Origin: Octopus sinensis
Taxonomy: Eukaryota
Direction: 5' to 3'
Assembly (NCBI RefSeq): GCF_006345805.1
Contig: NW_021825318.1
Coordinates: 1-16,266 of the forward strand
DNA length: 16,266 nucleotides
Below the pieces are notes generated by a model. It searched no databases and had not been told where the DNA came from. It saw nothing but the letters and a program-made list of their open reading frames with translations. A program made the translations under genes and the position numbers. Positions 9,350 through 16,266 of the stretch are shown here, piece after piece. Position 1 is the stretch's first letter. Each line of letters begins with the position of its first letter.

Positions 9350-9563
9350 CGACGATGGATCTTGTTGAAATAGCAGCTAAAATTCCCTCGAGTCGCATCT
9401 TGTCTTAAACTAAGAAAAACACATTGGATATACGTAATCCAAGGTATACTACATCTGAAAATTAAACAGAGTGATTATGACTCGAATGCCTTTGATCAGA
9501 CACCCGCTTGATAAAATCTTACCTAGGGTTAAACAAAATCAAGCAGCAACAATAACAACAACA
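9350..9563 (+). mobile_element. Degenerate (AAC)n-tailed interspersed repeat copy
   Basis: GAAATAGCAGCTAAA...GAATGCCTTTGATCA...GGGTTAAACAA followed by an (A/C)AAC tail; similar to 250-455. Confidence 0.5.
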
Positions 9564-10659
9564 GCGTTCTGACGATGATTGATCTGAGATTATCTTCGAC
9601 CGATAAGACCCGACGCAATTATAAATTTTCTGAGGAGTGTTTCGTGGCGTTTCGAGAGCTTCGTTGAATTATTGACACGAAGAATAATATATACTGAGGG
9701 AGGACAAGCCAAGCACGAGTTCAGCGAAGTCAAACTTTATTCAGGAGATCAAACATCAAGCGAAGATTTAAGATCGAGTGAAGTGATTAGTGAAGATCAA
9801 AGAAGAGTCGTTTGATACCAAGTGAAGAATATTGAAGAATTAAACGAGATCCAATCGAAGTTCGTACCAGAATCATCGAATTGAGTAATGTCGAGTTTAA
9901 GAGCAAACAAAAGTCTACAGGTTCTAATTGAGGAGAAGTTGAAAAGAAGAGGGACCAAGATCTTAAAGATGGCCAGAATGAAGCGAAATAAAAATCAACA
10001 ACGAACGAAGAGATAATATGAGCGAAATAGACAAGAATCAACTAGGAATTACCGCATTTGATGGCATAAAAGAGGCACTTTCTTCCAAAACCAGGTGTCT
10101 CAAAATTTATCCCAGGTTTCTATTTGCCTGGTTGGACCATCCACAACTTTTAATAAACAAAAATCTTTTTATTTTTCCCTGAATATCCGCTGCTGAAATT
10201 GAAGTGTATCTATTATGGCCTTGTGTCTTTTATGTCATCCAATGGGGTAAGTGAAGACCAAATATGAGGACTAGATATAAATTAATTGAAAAACAACAAA
10301 TGTCAAGAAGAGTCAAAACTATTGAAAAGGTTGCAAGACGCAACGAAAATTTTTGGAAAATAAAAATAAGAAATAAGTGGAAATTTTACCGGTGTGTGTG
10401 TTAAATAATAAGGCACTAAAATAGAATGACTCTCCCCAGACACAACAGAATATGCTTCAACATACGAACTCATATAAAGAATCTTGCAAACCAAATCCAA
10501 AAACAAATGTCTCTTCAGACCTTAAGAATGACAAAGAATATTTGAAACTTATCCATTCTGAATTACTATTTACCAGTCTTTTATAATTCGTTAGTGACCC
10601 GTCCTAAAAAAAAAACGTTCTTTGGATAAAGAGAGCCAATCAGCTTTATAGAATCAATA

Positions 10660-10810
10660 GTAAGTTCATGGTTGGCTGCATGGTTAAGAGGTCCCAAATC
10701 TGGATAACGTATGCTCATGGCTGGCTGTATGGTTAAGAGGTGCTGAATTCTGATAACGTAAGTTCGTGGCTGGCTGTATGGTTAAGGGGTTCTGAATCCG
10801 GATACCGTAC
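10660..10810. repeat. Tandem repeat, 3 x 49 bp
   Basis: Units at 10660-10708, 10709-10757 and 10758-10806; consensus GTAAGTTCATGGCTGGCTGTATGGTTAAGAGGT.CTGAAT..GATAAC. Confidence 0.9.
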
Positions 10811-11229
10811 TCTTTTACTTGTTTCAGTCATTTGACTGTGGCCATGCTGGAGCACCACCTTTAGTCGAGCAAATCAACCACAGGACTTATTATTTGTAAG
10901 CCTAGTACTTATTCTATCGGTCTCTTTTGCCGAACCGCTAAGTTACGGGGGACGTAAACACACCAGCATCGGTTATCAAGCGATGTTGGGAGAACAAGCG
11001 CGCGCGCACACACACACTCACACACACACTCCACACACACACACATATATATATACATATACACGACGGGCTTCTTTCAGTTTCCGTCTACCAAATCCAC
11101 TCACAAGGCTTTGGTGGGCTCGAGACTATGGTAGAAGACACTTGCCCAAGTTGCCACGCAGTGGGATTGAACCCGGAACCATATGGTTGGTAAGCGAGCT
11201 ACTTACCACACAGCCACTCCTATGCCTAC
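10808..11229 (-). mobile_element. SINE family 1, full length, with probable 7-bp TSD
   Basis: Reverse complement: AGGCATAGGAGTGGCTGTGTGGTAAG (A box) ... GGTTCAATCCC (B box) ... internal microsatellite ... GTAAAAGAGTA tail. TACCGTA flanks both sides (10803-10809 and 11230-11236). Confidence 0.92.
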
Positions 11230-11305
11230 TACCGTAGCTAAAATATGAGAGTTTTCGCCATCTGATTATAATCATCAACTTTCGTTCAACTTTCTTCTCC
11301 TCCAG

Positions 11306-11467
11306 GATTGCATAATTCGACCACCCAAATGACCATCATCTCTCACCTGGAACTCATTAACATTAAATTTTGTGGAATATCCAAAGGTGGGATAAAAGAA
11401 AGAAAAATATTCTTCTCTTATGCAAAAAAATATTCTTCCATGGCGGCACAAAGTTCTCCATCAATAG
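11306..11467 (+). CDS. Candidate internal or first coding exon of an unidentified gene
   Basis: Strong acceptor (CTTTCTTCTCCTCCAG|, AG at 11304-05) and consensus donor (AG|GTAAGT, 11468-73). Length 162 nt, phase 1-1, open throughout: LHNSTTQMTIISHLELINIKFCGISKGGIKERKIFFSYAKKYSSMAAQSSPSI. No recognised homology. Confidence 0.45.
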
Positions 11468-11763
11468 GTAAGTGGAAGTAATGTGAAATGGTTGCAGCAG
11501 AAGATTGAAATCGTATGGAATTATTTATTGCCTCACAACCTCAACGTGGTGGTGGGTTTTATAACAATAAATATTGGAACTGAATTTAAAACAAAACAAC
11601 AAAAAAAAGCAGTATTAAATCTCTGTCCGTCGGTGCGTGTTTTAACCGGATTAATCGTTACCAAATTTACACGAACCAAACATAATTATGTAGAAGACAT
11701 TGCAAGTGAGCAACAGATCTTGTAGAAAAAAAGCGAATTGAAACAGTTCCATAACGAAAGTAA

Positions 11764-12005
11764 ATTATTGGCAGCCAATTCTGACCACAGCTAACCAATC
11801 GGAAAACTATAATTACATCGATGTTCGTTTGATTGGCAGCCATTGGTGAATTGATGTGTAGTTTTCTGTGGAAGATGGCGTCGGGGAATTGTATGGCAGA
11901 CGACATAATTTAGTTCATTATTTCAAGCAGAGATGTCAAGCAGTGTAGAATCGTGCTAAACCATCACTGACCCGTGTCTACTAACTGCTTCCGACTTCCG
12001 TTTTC
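11764..12005. promoter_or_regulatory. Promoter-like motif cluster (CCAAT boxes, YY1-like, ETS-like)
   Basis: ATTGGCAGCCAAT (11767-79), AACCAATC (~11794-801), GATTGGCAGCC (11831-41), AAGATGGCG (11872-80) and tandem CTTCCG (~11988-12000). Motif match only. Confidence 0.4.
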
Positions 12006-12436
12006 TGACATTTTGCTTCAATTCTTTCGAGAAAAGTATAAAACTTACCAATTTCCTATTTCTCACTTCTCCTTCTTCCACTTCGAAACTATCTCAATCT
12101 TGAAACTGTTTCTGTCGCTTTTATCGACCATTATCAACATATTTACGACGCAAAGCCATCGTAGCAGAGAAAGCCGATCTATCAGATGGAAAATCACCTG
12201 TTTGTGTGGAAAGATCAGCAGAAATTCCCTGTCACCTGACATTTTATACAAAACCAATATGTGACTTTCATTTTGGAAAGCATTTGTTAACATCTGAAGG
12301 TTCGTGCCAATTTAGTAGCTCTAATATTTATTTAACTTGCGAACATAAACGGTTGGGTCGATAGTGTCACAGACAAACCAACCCCGGCTTCTATGGTTCA
12401 CAGCCTGTTACTTTCGTGGTTTTATGTCTGTCTAAT

Positions 12437-12558
12437 GCAGGCATGACTGTGTGGTTTAAGGGGCTTCGGTTCAGTTCCTGAGCGCGGCAGGTTAGGCGAG
12501 GGTCTTGTACGATCGCTCCGGACGAACAAGCAGTGCCTTGTGAGTGAATTGGGTAGAG
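12437..12558 (+). mobile_element. Old, diverged SINE family 1 head
   Basis: GCAGGCATGACTGTGTGGTTTAAG...GGTTCAGTTCC...GCCTTGTGAGTGAATTGGGTAGA aligns by eye with the SINE1 5' half. Confidence 0.65.
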
Positions 12559-12570
12559 TCTAAAGTCTAC

Positions 12571-12950
12571 GTGTGTGTGTGTGTGTGTGTGTCTGTGTGT
12601 ATGTTTGCGTGTGTCTGTGTATGTCTGTGTGTCTGTGTGTGTGTGTGTTGGTGTGTGTCTGTGTGTGTGTATGCCTGTGTGTCTGAGTGTGTGTTTGTGT
12701 GTGTCTGTGTGTCTGTGTGTGTGCGTATGTCTGTGTCTGTGTGTGTTTGTGTGTCCGTGTGTGTGTTTGTGTGTGTGTGTGTATGTCTGTGTGTCTGTGT
12801 GTGTGTTTGTGTGTGTCTGTGCATGTCTGTGTGTCTGTGTGTGTGTTTGTGTGTCTGTCTGTGTATGTCTGTGTGTCTATGTGTGTCTTTGTGTGTGTGT
12901 GTCTGTATATATGTGTGTGTGCGCGCATGCGTGTGTGTACGTGTCTCTGT
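12571..12950. repeat. Long degenerate (TG)n/(TGTGTC)n tract
   Basis: Direct reading; lies where SINE1 carries its internal microsatellite. Confidence 0.95.
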
Positions 12951-13077
12951 GTCTTTTGCACTCACTTGTGCATTTGAGGACTTTCGCTGACGACAGTGAT
13001 GGGAATGGCGGTGTACTCTACAAATTAAACTGTGAGCATAAGTCACCGCTGTACTCAGCCGGAATCGTATTTCGATT

Positions 13078-13180
13078 CGATTGGCTGCCAATAATGGTGA
13101 CGTCACTGCACTCGGAACGGTCAAAGGTCATAGAAGTTGGCAGGTTACACTAAATATTAGCGGTGAATATTAGGGTGAGT
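13078..13180. promoter_or_regulatory. Promoter-like cluster: paired CCAAT, palindromic CRE, DR1-like element, splice donor
   Basis: ATTGGCTGCCAAT (13080-92), GTGACGTCAC (13097-13106), CGGTCA-A-AGGTCA (13118-30) and G|GTGAGT (13175-80). Motif match only. Confidence 0.45.
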
Positions 13181-13828
13181 TCGGGTGTTTATAAGCGTGT
13201 GTTGCACATATGTGGGGAGGCACAGCCAACGATGTAGAAAACAAGACCAGCATTTCTTGCACATAATGTCCTTCTTTCCCTTTTTCCTTTCTCTCCTTCC
13301 CTTGCTCTCACTCTCCCCCCTCTCTCTCTTTCTCTTATGCATACACACAGATACAAACACACACACACACACACACACGTGTGTGTGTGCTGGTAGTGAC
13401 TTGTAGGTGCAGCCAAGTGTTCTAGACAGCTGTTACATAAACAATCTCCACGTTTACTAAACGTTAATTACTGCACCGAAACCAATTAGTCTTATATTTA
13501 ATGAAGACATATGTACTAATTAGACATAAGATTCCTGTCCCTTCATTCACTCATTTACTCATTCAGCCAGCAAAAGGTGTGTACGCGCACGCGCACACAT
13601 GCACACACACACACTCACACACATACACATATATTTGTATACATGTGTGTATTCATAGGTGTATATAAAATGCTAATTGTATATATACTCACCCACACAT
13701 ACATTCATACACACACACACATATGTGTGTGTGTGTGCATACATGCGTATGTGTATCTGTGTGTGTACATCACATTGTGTGTGTGTGTCATATATGACGC
13801 AGACATAATCGTGTATCTTGAATGGATT

Positions 13829-13950
13829 GCTTCGCAAACACATGGGTTCAGGATCGATCCCTCTACGTGGCGTTTTGAGCAAATATAATGTACCATATAG
13901 CCTCGATTCACACACTTCATTATAAGTATTATTTGGTAGGCGGAAACTGT
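13829..13950 (+). mobile_element. Highly diverged SINE family 1 head
   Basis: GCTTCGCAAACACATGGGTTCAGGATCGATCCCTCTACGTGGC...ATAGCCTCG...TTTGGTAGGCGGAAACTG. Confidence 0.6.
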
Positions 13951-13982
13951 GCCAAATCCTGTTTTATACACACACACACAAC

Positions 13983-14170
13983 ATATATATATACATATAT
14001 ATATATATAATATATATACATAATATATATATATATATGTATAAATATGTATATATACATATATATATATATTATATATGTGTGTATAAATATATATGTA
14101 TATATATATATATGTTGTATATTATACATATATGTATATATATATATCTTATATATATATTATATATATG

Positions 14171-14240
<70 letters not shown>
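13983..14240. repeat. Long (TA)n tract
   Basis: Direct reading; a second (TA)n lies at ~14495-14580. Confidence 0.95.
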
Positions 14241-14243
<3 letters not shown>

Positions 14244-14496
14244 TGAGATAGGGGTTGTGAGTGCAACCCATCATGGGATAACATATATCCAATATACTGC
14301 TAGTAAGCACCCAACAAAGTTATACTCACTTATACATACTGTACTTATTGTATCATATTACCTTTGATGTACACTGTTTTTTTCTATATTATTATGTTTG
14401 ACCTTAATGTTCATATGTAGTGGTTTAATAAATTATGTGATTGGGTATTATCAGGTGGTTGATTATTGATTAAGATGTATTTCTCCATTTTCTTAT

Positions 14497-14554
<58 letters not shown>

Positions 14555-14668
14555 ATATATATATATATAGATATAGTATAATACATATGTTATATAACAT
14601 ACATTGCTTTACTGGCTTCATCTCGAAGACTAGACAATGCTGGGGCTCCGCTAATAAAATAATTGCTT

Positions 14669-14760
14669 CGCCCACTGGGGTACTTGAAACCACGACTCTC
14701 AGATCACTAAGCTTAAGTCTACCATAAAATCTGATGCCCAACCGACTGAGCTATGTGGGC
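14669..14760 (-). tRNA. tRNA-Lys(UUU)-like gene or pseudogene with ~20-nt intron-like insert
   Basis: GCCCACA TA GCTC AGTCGGTT GGGC A TCAGA TTTTA [TGGTAGACTTAAGCTTAGTG] A TCTGA GAGTC GTGGT TTCAAGT ACCCC AGTGGGC G. Acceptor 6/7, D stem 4/4, anticodon stem 5/5, T stem 4/5, T4 run 10 nt downstream. The anticodon loop is one nt short of C-U-UUU-A-A. Confidence 0.65.
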
Positions 14761-14865
14761 TAATATTTTAATTTTGCTTCTCTGGGATTTCACCTGTGTG
14801 GTCCCGGGATGCCAGGATGCCAGGAGCGAAATGATAACATCGTTAATCTCTACTTCGTTAATTGT

Positions 14866-15186
14866 ACATGTATGTATGTATGTATGTTATGTATGTATGT
14901 ATGTATGTATGTATGTATGTGTGTATGTGTGTATGTGTGTATGTGTGTGTGTATGTATGTATGTATGTATGTATGTGTGTATGTATGTATGTATGTATGT
15001 ATGTATGTGTGTGTGTATGTATGTATGTATGTGTGTGTATGTATGTATGCATGTATGCATGTATGCATGTATGTATGTATGTATGTATGTATGTATGCAT
15101 GTATGTATGCATGTATGTATGTATGTATGTATCTATGTATGTATGTATGTATGTATGTATGCATTTATGTATGTATGTATGTGTAC
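14866..15186. repeat. (TATG)n tetranucleotide tract with TG and TGCA variants
   Basis: Direct reading. Confidence 0.95.
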
Positions 15187-15760
15187 TCAAATGTTAGTTT
15201 GAGAGCGAAACAGCAAGAAAGTGTTCAATAGTTGTTTCAAAGTGAATAATTTCTTTAAAGTGAATTTCTTTGATTCGACTTTCACACAGCGAACTATCCA
15301 TGCCACTGCGATCTTCAGGAAAAACCCTGAAACGGTGGCAGAATTTACTTCTCTTCTTGTCCGCTTTTGCCCCCAAAGAACTCTCTGTTTTTCCGTTCTT
15401 AAATATATATATTCTTGTTTGCACTTATCTCCCAAACATTTTTGCATTATTATATTTATTTCAAAATTTAATCGTATTTGAATTATGTATACTTATTCTA
15501 AAAAGAAAAAAGAAAACTTTTGTACCAACGTAGATGAAATCTGCCACATAAATTTTCTATAAATGGTTTTTGTTTCATAATAACTTTACATATAAACGCG
15601 TTTGCACGAATCGCACTTTTAATACGCTTTTAATATGCCTTGTCTTACAATCTAATCTTATATTAAACTGATTCAATAATTTTTAAGACTCAAACACACG
15701 AAATTCTCTACACAAACTTTCATTGTCTGATTCTCCCATAAAAACTATATTATATAAACA

Positions 15761-15813
15761 ATACTCTGACGAACCTGGATCACCAGATGAAACATCTTGC
15801 AAGTTGTTAGATA
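15761..15813 (+). ncRNA. Degenerate type I hammerhead-like motif
   Basis: ATACT-CTGACGA-ACCTGG-ATCA-CCAGAT-GAAA-CATCTTGCAAGTTG-TT/AGATA. Core intact, stem II 5/6 bp, stem III with one U-U mismatch and palindromic CTTGCAAG, GUU triplet; stem I weak. Confidence 0.45.
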
Positions 15814-16150
15814 ACTCTTAAAATAAAACCATTCACTGTTACCAAATATTTTGAGTTCGTTTCCTTGTTTGTTTTCTTTCTGGCTTTTTTTGTTGTTGTT
15901 ATTTTTAGCTTTTCCTACAACCCTAGCCTTATTTCAAAGAACGCCAATGTCATATTTTATATTCTTCTATACAAATTTCAGTTTTATATGTATTTTCAAT
16001 ATGGCGAATTTAACAACTGAATTCCTACCGTACTTTATTTCACGGTTTCCATGGTCCTCCTGCCTTTCTCCATACACGTGCATCATCAGCATCATCATCA
16101 TCATCATCATCCTCATCACTTTATTATTATTGTTGGTTGTTGTTGTTGTT

Positions 16151-16266
16151 AGGGCGGCGTGCTGGTAGAATCGTTAGCACGCCAGGAAAAAAACGCTTTG
16201 TGGCATTTCGTCCGTCGCTGCGTTCTGAGTTCAAATTCCGCCGAGGTCGACTTTGCCTTTCTTCCT
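16151..16266 (+). mobile_element. SINE family 2, 5' part, truncated by the window end
   Basis: AGGGCGGCGTGCTGGTAGAATCGTTAGCACGCC (tRNA-like head)...GAGTTCAAATTCCGCCGAGGTCGACTTTGCCTTTC, preceded by (TTG)n. Confidence 0.85.

Noticed and set aside
10660-10810. CRISPR-like appearance of the 49-bp repeats
   Set aside because: The would-be spacers are homologous to each other, the context is eukaryotic and there are no cas genes; it is a minisatellite.
15265-15324. Minus-strand CTGAAGA...GAAA...TC hammerhead-like string
   Set aside because: It has mismatches at the 10.1-11.1 pair, at the first stem I pair and in stem III; too many defects to call.

Overview
Eukaryotic, repeat-dominated genomic DNA, most likely intronic or intergenic. 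It has very dense (TA)n, (TG)n, (TATG)n and (CAY)n tracts and several tRNA-derived SINE families whose sequences I recognise from memory as typical of octopus (coleoid cephalopod) genomes; this attribution is inference, not a database result. Nearly all listed ORFs are microsatellite or repeat translations, and no full protein-coding gene can be called. Supported features: multiple copies of two SINE families, a degenerate (AAC)n-tailed repeat, a 378-bp non-autonomous Helitron inserted into a mariner relic, a tRNA-Lys(UUU)-like gene with an intron-sized insert, one good candidate spliced exon (11306-11467) and two promoter-like motif clusters. The most notable observations are three sequence-unrelated type I hammerhead ribozyme motifs: 627-677 on the minus strand (canonical core), 5393-5427 on plus (minimal variant) and 15761-15813 on plus (degenerate). 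They point to Penelope-like or retrozyme-type self-cleaving elements. There is also a ~640-bp local fold-back of SINE pieces (895-1535) and a perfect H-type pseudoknot (6521-6558). All structures were folded by eye.
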